Source: Catajapyx aquilonaris (lineage: Eukaryota). Taken from it: a stretch of DNA of 61,178 nt. The position numbers and the translations under genes are program-made. The notes beneath the pieces are model-generated. The model was not told the DNA's origin. It worked only from the letters and a program-made list of their open reading frames with translations, and did not search any database. The stretch spans positions 62,001-123,178 of the forward strand of contig JYFJ02000552.1 of the NCBI GenBank assembly GCA_000934665.2, written 5' to 3'. Below, piece by piece: positions 13,425 through 26,881 of this stretch. Position 1 is the stretch's first letter. Each line of letters opens with the position of its first letter.

Positions 13425-13657
13425 CGAAGCAGGTTGGCATAGTGGATAAGGCGTCCGACTGCTAATCGGGAGGTCCTGGGTTCGAATCCCGGGGCCGGCA
13501 ACCTTGACCGTGGTTTTCTGTGGTTTTCCACGGTCTTTCTAGGATAATTCCGGGGTCGCTTCCGTATAATAGGCCACAGCCGCTTCCTTCCTTCCTTCCC
13601 TATCCTTGGAGGTTGAATGGCAAATGCTGGGCCAACCTCCTTAAATATCAATTATAA
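13425..13657 (+). mobile_element. tRNA-derived SINE with 15-bp target-site duplication
   Basis: A box TGGCATAGTGG (13435), B box GGTTCGAATCC (13479), and a body GGTTTTCTGTGGTTTTCC..AGGCCACAGCCGCTTCCTTCC resembling insect SINE2 central domains. Flanked by identical AGTGCTTTATCGTAC at 13410-13424 and 13658-13672. Confidence 0.9.
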
Positions 13658-13730
13658 AGTGCTTTATCGTACGTAGGAAAATGTGAAAATTAACAACAAA
13701 GAATGCAAATAATACACACTAGTAATAATA

Positions 13731-13900
13731 CGAGGGCCGTACCAAAATGATTTACACTTTCCTTTTTTTTGCCACCAATACAGGGCCCATGCAGGTCATC
13801 ATTATCGAGAGAATCCTCCCTGAGCCAAATGCACTGACATCATGTATGTGACAACCTCTCCAGGCCCTTCTGAAACCACCTTTTGGTGGTGCGACACACC
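13731..13900 (-). mobile_element. Mariner 3'-end fragment
   Basis: TA|CGAGGGCCGTACCAAAATGA TIR. Minus-strand FQKGLERLSHT*CQCIWLREDSL resembles the mariner C-terminal F..G...L..RW.KC....GDY motif. Confidence 0.6.
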
Positions 13901-14487
13901 TACTCCCGGACAACTGCTCACAGTCAGCAACAACAACTGTCAACAATGTCCTCAAAATGGCGTTGGTGGAGGGCATGGGGAGGTTGACATGGTACCTATT
14001 ATGCCAGTGCAATCGGGTCCGAGCTATAGGGTTCTATAGATAATGTTTGCCTATATGCATCTGAAACAACAGGTACTCGATGCAACTCAATATGTAATAA
14101 ATAGCTCGGAAGGATTAATAACATTATTCCCATACTTGTAGGTAATTAATCCGACCCAAGAAAATACTCGATTTAATGAAAAGTTTCTTTTCAAACGGTC
14201 TTAACTCCTCCAGCGACATGTCTATCAGTATGTAAATCCAAAAATTTGATTTCGATAATGATACGGTATGAATTTCAGCAACGAAACTGTGTGGACGGCA
14301 GCATGTACTGTATATACATACTGTATCATAGAATATAGCATTGCAACACTGTCATTCCCACTTCATTTATCACATTCACAACATTTTTTGTCCCACTAAA
14401 GATGGATGGGGTTTTTAAAATGTTTTTTAATGTTTTTGTCTGTTTTCTTGTTTTCTTTTTCTTTTTTTTTTTTGTAAGTGGAGGAGG

Positions 14488-14681
14488 GTATAGGCAACGG
14501 ATTCCTTAGAGTGAACTGCTGGGCCCATGGCCCCGCCCCCAAACAAACCTCTATATTATTGTATCTATTGTATTATATGTATTTCGCCTGGCAACCTTAC
14601 TGTGACCCACGGTTACAGCGACCCCATTGGTTCGCCCGGGGGGGCGTGTCTGTTCACTCTAAGAAGTCCGTGGCCTTTATA
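14488..14681. mobile_element. Degraded small inverted-repeat element (MITE-like)
   Basis: TATAGGCAACGGATTCCTTAGAGTGAACTG (~14488-14518) pairs imperfectly with CTGTTCACTCTAAGAAGTCCGTGGCCTTTATA (~14650-14681). Confidence 0.4.
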
Positions 14682-15299
14682 GTGCTCACTAATCAGCACC
14701 AAAAATAAGCTCAGAGCTCGATCACAACGTGGTAATAATATTCTGGCCGAAAAATTGTTTCTCACTGATTCACTCTCAGCTCTACACAACCAAAGGGAAA
14801 AATGACGATTATTCAAACCACTTCAGTTAAATATAAAGCACCTCGACCCAACCTATGTTGCTTCCCATACTACGGTAAATATCTTTTAATGAATCATAGC
14901 CAGATGGAATTTTCATGGATTACTGTTATGGAGTGACGTTATCTGACATTGCCAGAGAGACGTTGGCAACCTCATATTAGAAACCGCGTTACTCCTAATT
15001 ACTTATTTAGAATTATGCTTGTTGGGAGCCCTACAGCTGATGGCGATTTATTTATTTATTTCTTTTATTTTATTTTCCTACCTCTTGCTCAGGCATGTAC
15101 CTGTTTCGGGGGACAAAACATCTGGCAGTATGTTCTACAACAGTATTTAGCCAGTGTTTGCAGAGTCAAATAATAGTGCTTGCTCGCAAGCAGTGCATAA
15201 GAGATTCACCGAAGTTCGTGGAATTTATATGAAGAAGGCACATAGGCTACTCATATATAGGCAGTTCGCGTCCTTTAGTCCTTCTTTGGCAGCATCACC

Positions 15300-18200
15300 A
15301 TGTTTGCGAGCTCTCTTTTAGTGCATCTTGCTTCATTCAGCGCAGTTCAGTCAAGCCCCTGGAAGATGGGCAGTAGCAAAACCCTTTGTTACATCTTAAT
15401 CACTGCGGCTCCCAAATAAAATGCATCATAAGTCTGGTGATTGCCCACGACTATCCCCGCCTGCCAGACCACTTCTCGGGCATGATGAAGAACATGAGTG
15501 ACCACTACCGGTTCGCGCTGACCTTTCGACCTCCGGAGTGGTTCGTGGTTCCCTCGCACAAGAGTGTGAGGGACCTGTGGGACTGGTTCGAGAGGAGGAA
15601 GAAGGCCGGTGAGTGCGTGGTGCACTTGGTGACTAGTGACACTCTGGAGGGCTTCAGGAGGGTCGCTCTCTTCCACGCATTCACCATCGCCGTTGAGTCC
15701 TTCAGGGACTACTTCGTCATCTGGGTTCGGAATAGTCATGGAATGAAAGGTTCGTCCAAGAAGGCACTGCTATTAGTAGACGTGTCCAGAGGGTGGAAGT
15801 TGAAGGTCGCGGTGCGACCCGGTGGTGAAGACACGTCCACGCTGGATCTTCACACTCTGTGTTTCTACATGCGACAGAGGGCATCCAACAGTGAATTTTT
15901 TATGGAGGCACCCTGGAACGGGGCAGACGAGGGTGCAGATCGCATCCCACGGTGACCTATTCCCTGATATGACAAAAGGTTTGAACAACTTTCGTTGTCG
16001 AATCCCCTTTTATCGCGATATTGACCAAACAATGGTAAAAGAAAATACCAGAAGGCACGGACTCTGGAGCAATAATATTCATGAAATTGCTATCCACGAG
16101 CTAGGGCGACACCTACACTTCAAGTGGGACAAATTACATGCAGCTTATTTTTATGAAAATAAAAATCGTGCTAAAAACGGTGGATTGCGTTTCTCCAATC
16201 AACGTGCTGCAGTTGTGGGCATCGCTTTACGGAATCCTAAATGTGGCATAACATGCGCTACAGAATTTATTCTCTTTTCAACTAATATTGTAAAAAAATG
16301 TCGTTTTTTAAAATCATATTTTTCCTCCCGGCACATTCACATGTTGATCTCTCAGCTGGCCCCTTTTGAGCCCCTGACATTTTAATGACAGCAGTATATG
16401 GGGGGAGGAGGGAAATGTGTCGGTGTATAAGTATTGGGAAGAGGAAAAGTGGGCGGGTGCCATGAGAAAGTCGCATATACATGCCATGGAAAGAGGCTGT
16501 CAATAACTGCCAGGGGCCCCCCTCGACAGGTAACGCGATAACTTCGACTGGCCAAGGGAAAGGTGGGGGGCTGTCGATCCACGCGTGGAATAGTTCAGCG
16601 AAAACAACTTACACGAATAGTTGCAATGATTAGAAGCCATATCGTATATCACACACATGCAGTCTCCAATGAAGCAACAGGTGCTCTAATTTTCATTCTC
16701 ATGTTGACATAGACGTGGGCAAAGGGATCAATTTCAATAAACCGTATACAGTTCCTTATATTTTATTCTGGATCTATTGTGTAGACCTCTGAATAAATTA
16801 TTGGTTAATATTTTTAATTTTAACCATACATGAAAATCTGTCCATCCCGATAAGCCGCTGACGCTTAGCAATATTACACATATTTATTAATATGATAGCA
16901 CGACAATTTAAGCGTTGCCATGCCCTATAAATGGAAAAATAATGGTCGCCCTTAAGGTTTTCCACCCGCAAAGACCAATGCTGCGTATAGATCCTACGAC
17001 GGATATTCACACAGCATGTCTTTTAAAATTAGCACGACAAAACAAAAATTGGCATACTATTGTTTTCTATAATTAATACGAAATTGGCAAAATTATATTC
17101 GCAAGAAACCTACATCAGAAGAGAAACACGCTAGTTTATGACAGGCTTATAAAATTACTACAATATTATGCTATCCGCAGGCAGGCTTCTGCTATTAAAG
17201 TATAATGATCCATGACGGAATAAACTACCCTGTGGGAGGCCCCGGTATTGCCTTGGTGTGACAGAAATCAATAAGAGGCTCTGTTGTATATCCACCAAAA
17301 ACAATCACACTACAATCATAACAATAATATTCAACTGGAAAGGATCGGTGTATATGCTGCTGTATGTGGCCTATATTGGCTCATGCATATATGCAGTGAC
17401 AGCCAGCAGGGATTGATCCCGTCGCGTCGCGGGAAGGGAATAATATTATTATATTACTTGTAAATTAATATTTTCAGGGGTGACTCTTGAATGATCCTCG
17501 GGTTGAAAGTTTCATATGCTGTACATCAACAGCTGAGTGTACTGTGTATACATGACGACTTCGCTGTCTTATACAAACCCCTGCGGAAACCCATCATATA
17601 AAGCCTGATCGCTGGATGTCTACTGTCAGTATTGTTCTTTCTGCTGCTGATGTTATCATTAGCAGCGCAATGAAAGTTGTAACTGTAAATAGTATAGAGT
17701 CTGTTAGGTCCTACGCAGCACTGATCGCGTAGATCTTAAAACTATTAGCATACGAGATACGACCAACCAAACAAAACTCCATCATGCTAAGTTTAGTGCC
17801 TTTGTCCAACATATCCCCTTGACCTTGCTAAGAGACCTCATAAAACCCCTATCAATTGCTGGTGGTAGTGGTGGGGGTGGTGTTGTTGTTGTATCCAGTA
17901 GCCTCCGCCTCATCATCCTGCTGTTGCACTTGCAATATTATTCATCGCAGCGCACGCATTGCACGTGGCATTATTCGGCTTGTCAGAGAAAATCAATTGG
18001 TATAGGCCTAATAATTAAAATGGCAATATTCAGATAATATATTGCAAGATAACCCATTTATAATGCATCGCATCAGTTAAATAAACACCACGAGCGTTGC
18101 GTCTGCGTTGGCCCACTGAAGTCCGCAACATTTCAACGGTATTTTTGATGAACCATTGGTGGCAGCAGGATTGTAGAGGTACCCTACCATTTGAAGATGC

Positions 18201-18545
18201 CTATATTAATATATGATAGAAATGTACGATTATTGGTACTGCTTCCGTTCGGACTACAAGAAGCAGAGAGTCATGAGACAGGCGCTGGTTAAGAAGCATT
18301 TCCGTTCATTTTGTTTGTTGCATTCTTCGCTATAATAAATTATTCTAGGCCATGGTCATCACGTGTGGGTACGCCGAAATTGCTTTTTATTTTGTGCACA
18401 ATCCAGGAGATTACTCCGGTTCACCTGGCAGACTTGGCAGTACAAGACAAGCTCACCCTTTGCCATTGCACACTCCATCGAAAAGATTCCCAAAGGCGCT
18501 TGCCATTTCCTTCATAAACTCTGTCGGTCGCATTACAAAAACTAA
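15300..18545 (+). pseudogene. Ionotropic receptor pseudogene, tandem paralogue of the intact IR, fragmented by insertions
   Basis: 15483-15726 is identical to IR 11208-11451. There is an early stop after the ATG at 15300 and a +1 frameshift at ~15869 (TAC A TGC); homology runs to ~16130 (HFKWD). Later remnants: KKPTSEEKHAS (~17103), INYPVGGPGIALV (~17220), AMVITCGYAEIAFYFV (18349-18395), PKG..HYKN (~18490-18542). Confidence 0.85.
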
Positions 18546-18979
18546 AATGCAATGATTTGTACAATGCACATCTTTATATATGGGAACACCATGGATAATG
18601 CATCCTAGAGAATAATACGTAAAACATATGATCAGATAAAAGTAGAACTATATATACCAGCAAAGGGAACATCAAAGCTGACGCACCCTGCCATACTAAA
18701 AGTGAGACATATAGGTAGACATAGGTTACTGATATCGCCTAACATCCGCACACACTGATTTAGCAGACTATAGGATAGCCCAAAGAAGAGGTGGAAGGAA
18801 GGCTGTGGCGTCTGCTACAACTATAGGACATCGCCGCCTCACCAGTTCATGGAATGTAATAATGTGTGCACTTTCGTGCACATATAGGTTAAACCGTACA
18901 GTTATGGGACAGCATACAGTAATGCGACACTCATAGTAATCTTATTCATGTTAATGTGTGTATAGTGAACATAGTGATG

Positions 18980-21560
18980 ATCATTTTTGCCCGTGGGTGG
19001 CTGCCCTGCATCGTTGGACGAACGTTGTATGAAAATTTTTTTCCAGGTTGGACTTTCATCAAGGTCGGCCAGAGCCTCGTGTCGCTGAGTCACTTCCAGC
19101 AGGGCCTCTTCTCGCTAAGTAGTCGGTAAGGAGTATAGCACTGCAGCTAGTGATAAGTCACCAGGATTTTCGTCACTCCAGGTTGCCGAAGTCAATTTGC
19201 ATGGCTATAGGGTAGACTCCATAGTTTTATATTTCGTAGATAATGATGAGCCTGTATAGATAGCATGAGTAGAAGGGGGTGGCCCACAACTGCGTGGATC
19301 AAAACCATCTGTTCACACTTATGGGCATACCCTGCCCATACCTGAAAAATAGAATATTCTGAAGATTCAGAAAAAAATATAATCAAACTGGAGATGTAAT
19401 AATTACTGTGGGTCATGTGACGATGTGAACGTGGAAAATTTCTAAAGTGTCCCATAACTGCACAAAGAGGTGCTAAAGCACCACAGTTTGGTGGATGGAT
19501 GTTCGTTCCCGCAACCAATTTAAAGAGAAGAAGTGCGGCCTTGATTGTTGCTTTCAGTGGGTTGCATTTCTTCAAAGTGGTTGCTGGGATGAACAATCCA
19601 TAGCATCTTTCCTGAAACAAAGACTTGGGCAATTCAAGCCTTTTGGGTTGAAATATCATCGACTCCTTTGCCACTGACAGAGCTCGTCACCACCCTTTCA
19701 GACGTGAAGAGATGCAGCAGCGACTGTTATATCTGGAGAAAGCTCGCTAATGAAATGCTCCAAAGGCATTCAAGTATAATCTCGCCAGCTCCAACGTCAA
19801 AAACCATGAACGCAACAAAAACGCATATATGGACAAGAAATGTCCTGCGTATAATGTTACTTAGCTGCTTCTGACAAACCTCGTGCGGAATCTGCATAGC
19901 AGCATGCAAAAGAGGAGTCTCCCTGCTGTAAACACCAAAGTCAAGTAGAGTCGGCACTACAATACAGTCACCCAAGCCTCGTCCTCATAATATGTGACAC
20001 CAACGGACGCCGAACCATCTCATTGCTTTTGCTCCCTTATACGGTCAGTTGTTCCATTTCATACATATACAAATCCTGCCCATCTCACGTCAGCTACAAC
20101 CACAGAAGACGTCTTCTGGAGAGAAACAGGAAGGCAAGAGTCCACTCACCAACAATAATCTATACTGCCCCTTCGGGATAGTGTGTCCCCTCACCGTATA
20201 AGGATACTCTCTTGTCAGTGTTGCTCTGGGATACGAAGCCTTGAATGGCCAGGTATTGATCTCCAGGCGAGGTTCTCCTATAAGACACACCCTGGACTTG
20301 TCAAAGGGATCACTATTCCTTTAGACATGTCTCGTCACTTTTGCAATATATACGTACGTAGTAGTGCACCTGTCATCTGCTGAATGCAAGGCAGACACTG
20401 TCTTGTTTATCCTGCGGTCTTTCAAACAAGAAAGAGTGCATGAGAGTTCTGGCACAGCCTGCTCCATGATACGTAGTGATGCCAGATTACCCTTTGTTGT
20501 AGTTAACCATGCTCCAATTTCATACGCTAGTGAAACGTTGAGGGGCGAATGTCTCAATAACTACTATTGGGCAACAATGGACGTTACCTGAATGTTGTCA
20601 TGTCAGATTCCAAGATGTGCTCCTATATAACCTATTGATTCTTACCAACAAGGAATTGCAAGGTTAGATCCTCGGTTCAATGGTGCAACCGGACCAAAAG
20701 TCTGCAAAAATACATGATGTGCACACGCACTGTACACCCATTGCTAATGAAATGTGTAATTTAGCTAGAAGAGTACAAGGAATGCATAGTACACGTGTAC
20801 TGGTGTACACCACCCCTAAACGGAACCCAGGCATTGTACTGTCGACTCATGCCACTGCACGATTTACATTCTTCCAGAAAATGGGACAGGGTGCAGTAAA
20901 AGACGGATCTTCCTCCAACAGGACACGATGAAACAGGACTTTGGCCAAAAACACAATGGTCCTGCCTGAACTACACGAAAACTGTATACCTCTGAAAGAC
21001 GCAACGATTCGAAGGAAGAGCAAAGCCTGCTAACGACAACGGTTCTGAAACTGCTCGTGTGCTGGGGAGTTGTTGTCGAAGAGAAAAAGAGGAACTTCCT
21101 ATATACCTTAGACTCCAATATTATGAGGCGCATGAACTACTTATATGTACAAGACAACCAGCCCACAATCAAGCGACTGCTGCCACATATGTCACGACAT
21201 TGTGGTCCTGATTGCTGCGATTGTTGAATATATTGTCATTGCAAACGTACTGTACATTAGTGCGCCAGGTATGTCATTGGAAATGCACAATTGGTGCAGA
21301 CGCAGTGGGAAACAGAAGCCCAGCAATAATTAATATTGCACAGTACCTACAAGGTGGATGTTCTTTGTCCACTTACTTCACCTTTGAAATGAGAAGAAGT
21401 GACCAAGCAAAAAGAGCATCTATTGGCCTATTCTCCTGCCACTGTGCGCCTATGGCGTACTCCTCATCACAAGACCTCTCCGGACTTGCGGTTACCCGAA
21501 ATGACTTTTGTGGCACCACTGGATCAAAATACTATTAAAAAACTGGCTGAAGAAGTGGTG
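18980..21560 (-). mobile_element. Highly degenerate Ty3/Gypsy-like LTR retrotransposon pol relic
   Basis: Collinear decayed motifs in RT-RNaseH-IN order on the minus strand: HTIPKGQYR (~20170; cf. INTHKGLYRY), CYADSARGL (~19885; CDASxYGLG), LLHLFTSERVV (~19705; KPLxxLF), NIKLWSLPYSHAN (~19215; GIKHxxSxPYHPQSN). No LTRs identified; the gag-side boundary is a guess. Confidence 0.45.
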
Positions 21561-24500
21561 AATTGACGAGCAGGTGTGTGACATGACGACAGGATGTGAC
21601 ACGAAAAACACAAAATATGAGGTAACTGAGTGAATCCCTATCCTGCAAGTTATACTGCCGGTTGTTCAAGGGTGCGGTTACATACCGGTCAGGATGAAAA
21701 CTTCACCAGGAATAAGAGATCATACACGTAATCATAACGTAGTAATCATACGAGTAAGAGATCATAATAATATTATACCCTATCCAAACCTAACCTTACC
21801 ACAGTCATGACACCCTATGTTACGTAGGCTACTGTACTTTCTTGACGTAATTATTATTCCAGTCAAGGAGAGTGAATGCCATCACTCCCCACCGTCCTAT
21901 ATCCAGTCATGAAGAGATGCCGCAGGGGCTTGCATGATAAGATAGATGAAGCAGCACAACTCAAATACGCACACGTACGACGCAAGAGTTACCTTGCGCA
22001 AAATGACTGCGCTGTTTCTGACCAACATCATGCGGAATCAGCACAACATCACACATGTGACGAGTCTGCCTAATCATATTTTTTTCTCTCTCTCTTTGGG
22101 TTCTGTCCTTTCAGGCTATAGTCTTCTCCGTAAAGATACTTCTTGTTCTGGGATACGAAGCCATGGATAGCCAGGTATTGATCTTCAGACGAGGTTTTCA
22201 AAGGGAAAGACAAGACAACCTCGTCACTGATTCTTGAAGTGACTTGTGCCGGGTAGGATATTCGGCATACCCATTACATCCTATACCTGTTATAAGCTGT
22301 TCCATATAATTATTATCATTTATCAGGAATGTGGATTCCCCTTCATCACTGTGTGGTTGGTATACCAGAGCCTCTGAGCTTCTGAGCCTGTATAAGGACA
22401 GTGAGCATCATTTTATTGTAACTTACTTTTTTATTATACACGTAGGCGAGCCCTATTACAATCTCCTCGAGAAAAATAAACGAGGAACACTCCCGAGCCC
22501 CGAGGTGCATGAGATATGACTGACTGCCAATAATGACCACAGCATATGCAGGATTGAGTTGGCAACGAGCCACTTTTCTGGTTATTCACCTATGAAAATA
22601 ATATCCCTGAAATATCGGAAGGAATGAATGAGGGTTGGGTTTGTTGGCGATGGAAAAGTTTTCACTCCTGTAAGCATTAATATATAGCATTACATCCTGA
22701 TCACAATTTACAATAAATACAAAACTTGCCTTTCAAAGACACCAGATTTCGGTATGACGACTTTTTCAAGACTATCAAGATACAGAAAAATTGCAGGCCG
22801 CGTCATGGCGCCGCGTCGAGCATCTTTCAAACGTTGATGACATCATCATCATCATCATCATCATTATGCATTTATTGAAGTTCGTTCTTTTTACGACTGT
22901 GCTGCTTCAGCAGGTTTCCTCCTGACACTATACATTCAATACTTATATCATATATTACTTCTGAACTGCAATATTCCGCTCCAAGATATGAGTTGGTATG
23001 TTATACACAAAATGTATGTTGGTTTCCTTCCATGGTTTGCTGGACCCTCTTGTAGAGCTAGTCGCAAGACAATAAGAGGCAACATTTCCCAAAGTCCAGA
23101 CAAAGGTTAAAGAAACGGTGCCTGCCGTTTTCTCACAATAACACTATATTGCATCCAGGGATGCTTGCGGGAACCTCCTCAACACATCCAATACATGCAA
23201 TGCAAGCAAATCGGCTACGACGTCTGCGAGCGAAGACCATTTACAGAAGGCGGCTAATCGACGAGACGTCTCCGTCACGGTTGTCTTCCTATACCGGATC
23301 AATAGTGGTGGAAACCTTAATGCAGTTTTACATATTTAGCAATTCATTTCGACACATTGTGTTTCTTCCACTGCATGTGTGGCCAAGTTAAAACATGACG
23401 CCCATCTCACAATATTAATCGAATGATATAGACAAGCCTTGCTCTTGTACCGACCAACAATTGAGACACGATAACGTCCCAATGGTTCGCATTATTTTGA
23501 CTGTCAGCATTATAAGGGCGACATGTATTATTGGCACATTGCTCTCGATGGATATGCATTAATAATACCGAATAAACGTCTAAGAAATGTGTTATTGGTC
23601 ATAAATTCATGCGGCGCCTTACGCATTGCAGATTTGTTCAAAAATACAGTAGCGTCACAGCTCATAATTATGAGAGGGCCATATATATAGGAACCCAAAA
23701 TAGGAACCCATAGACACGCAATCCCCTGCTGGGTACCAAAATCAGGTGCGAGTCATAAATACGTAATGTGAGGTCACACCTTTCGCAACTAGGCTCTAAT
23801 GACAATATATTATTGAGCATGCGGTGACAAACGGCGACCCATATTGCTTGAGAGGAGGAGCAATGATGACTGCGAAGGGTGCCGATGTATGTCCTGCCAC
23901 CCAACTGACCTGAACCAATAAGACTCTAATAATATAGTCCGGCGAGAAACACAGAAAATAAATGACCTATATCAAATACTCTCGACATGTTTCGCCGTCG
24001 ATTATATCACTGAAATGTATTCCCTATTAGACCTGCCTCTATTAGTCGCGTTTAAAAACGTGACAAGTCAGCGCAAACACGAGCAAAAGCCTCGGATAAA
24101 CAAACATAATATACGAAATCACTGTAATGTGATGTATCTGATCCAACTCTATATTATACTAATTCACGTAGAAGTCGTCAAGATTATGGACGTCACTCTG
24201 CATGTGGGTTGTTAGTTTATCTGCTTGAAACAATCCGAAGAGACCAGGGATATCGGGCTATCAGGGTTTACTTTACGCAGATGGGGCAGAGATGGCTTGA
24301 GAAAGGAAAAGAGAAAGAGGAGAATAATAGAAGTGGAAGAATATCAATCTGTCTCATACAGTCCAAAACGACCTCTCCGACTCGGATGACACTGCCAGGA
24401 GACGACTACACATCACCGACAGCATAATGTGAGCGACACATTCGACCTTATATAGAAGGTCCCCCCCTATACAGCCCCTTTACTGAAGAAATTATTAAAT

Positions 24501-25582
24501 ACGTATGTTTCATATAGATCATCGACAAAACAGGTGACATATTTTAATCATGTGCGTGGATAAGAGTTGCACTTATGCATTTTGTACTGCACATTTGTTT
24601 TCTGCAGGATGACCCCGTGGGTCATATTAAAGAGCTATATCCATGTGGGGCGATATGAACATGTTGTAACTTATAACATTGTTATACTAGAAACATTGTC
24701 GATTTAGTTAAGTATGAACCGACGATGATTGTCATGGTTCGCAACATATGCATTTCATTATTTTACAGGGTGTATGTATGTCAATATTATGTTCCTCTAT
24801 TACACTGCCGGTTTAGTCAATAACATTATTGTATCATATGTATACATACAGCCTACTGCAGGCCTACAGGCCTACTTGGTGTTTCACAGTGATTCATACA
24901 AACATGTAACTTCGTGCAGCAGAAAAACGTTCGGCAAACTGAACCCTTTTTGCGTAATATTTGTGCAATATTTTACCATTTCGATTCAGAAGATTTCGTC
25001 TAAGTGATGGTGTCATTTTAATGCTCATAACTGATCCAGGGACGGAACTAACCATCCTGTTAACCAGTCATATACGTCATCCGGCATGTAGCCTACAAAC
25101 CAGCAGATGAGAATTAAGACCAACTTGTTACAATAATGTGATGGAATTACTGTCCGAACAAACCTCTTCGACAAAGTCTGATTTCTCCTAACATTTTTTT
25201 CATTGAACTACAGTATAGGCCTAGGTCAACATTTGGCAGGGACTATTGGTAATACCAATATAGTAACTACTGTCACTCCTATACATGCATTGAAAAATGG
25301 ATCCAGAAATACCATACAAACTTCTGAGGAAGTGCCTGAAAAATCTCCCCGTCGGAGTGACCAAGAAAAATGCTGATTAAAGTTTTCAGAGGAAAGAAAC
25401 GAACGAAAAATGAGGGAGAAGTTATTAATTGTTGCCAAATTCTCGTCCATTCCAGCTGGTGCGCATCCAGAGACCAAGTGAAGTACGCAGGCTGCGAGTC
25501 AAAAATTAATAGCTTGTTGCAAAGCGAATGTTTCAAAATGCCTCAAGTATTGGAGGAATTCTGCCCTAAATCATACGACTAG

Positions 25583-25583
<1 letters not shown>

Positions 25584-25654
<71 letters not shown>
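25584..25654. repeat. (TTA)n microsatellite, slightly imperfect
   Basis: TTA trinucleotide run seen directly. Confidence 0.95.
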
Positions 25655-25657
<3 letters not shown>

Positions 25658-26809
25658 CCACGATCTGCAGCCATGCACTGCGCACTTATGAACTCCCAGC
25701 TCCGTTACTGTTGTAAAATATTGTCAAACTCTTTGCTTTCAATATTATACGGATATAAACAGTAAAAGATTGGGGATAATTTTAGCACATAATGATAATA
25801 ATATGACTGTGTTCACCAGCGCAGTCTTATACGGTGGCAGTGGTCCAGAAGCAAAATATTGCCTGCTGCCGCTACTCTGACGTGACAATGGCAGAACTAG
25901 GCACGACCTTCGACGTTTTATGGACCACTTGGTATACAGTATAACATCCTGCCCTCGGTAGCCATCAGTAGCCATTGTCAAGAGTATACAATAATTGCCT
26001 TTATTCTCTACACCTACTGTATGTAGGACAATATCAGGATAATATGTACAGTATATTGCTCTCCCTTAGCACGTGGTCATCTTTAGCAACGTAGGAGTTG
26101 AGATATTTTGTGTAATAATACATAATAACAATGACCAAAAATGGCTGAGAAGTGTACTTGATTATGTCAGGAACACATCGAGTGGTTCAGCACCAAATAA
26201 TTACTACCACATATCATATTATGTAACTTCCACGTCAAGTGCTGCTGAAAAGAAGGCCAGTTGAAATGCCGCCTTTTCCTCGATGATATGACTGTCCATA
26301 AAAAACCGTGTAGAAGGCCATGCATAGCCTACTGTTGAAACATCGCATTACTCCATTCCAAGCAATCGCGTTCATCAAAGCCATGGAGTCGAAGGCCGCC
26401 AGCTGCCGTCAGCAGCATTGAGAAAATTTGTTTCAATTCGAACTAGACGACGCAGAATAAGTGCAGGTAAATATATCCCGCCAGCACCCTCTAAAGCTGC
26501 TCGAATTCAACAAAAACATTAAAAGAGCATTAAAAATTGTTGATTGTGTACATTCATCTTCTGCTAGGACTGACCCAAAAGACTTACAAATGACTCGTAA
26601 TAATAATTAGGTGTCCCTGTATAATATATCGGTCCACCAGCATGCCACACTACATAAACACTCCACATGAGACATTTCTCACACAAATGGTAACTCATCG
26701 GAACACTAGTAATTATTATAAAGACGAGCCCTGTAATCAGCGAGCATGTCTATTAAGAAACGCCGAATAAACCAAACACAGCCGGTAAAATCCATTTCCC
26801 GTTCCTGCC

Positions 26810-26881
<72 letters not shown>
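26810..26881. repeat. (TAT)n microsatellite
   Basis: Perfect trinucleotide run; the source of the poly-Leu ORF 26746..26931. Confidence 0.95.

Noticed and set aside
13428..13500. Apparent tRNA-Ser(GCT) gene
   Set aside because: Poor acceptor-stem pairing and no long variable arm; it continues into a SINE body flanked by a 15-bp TSD.
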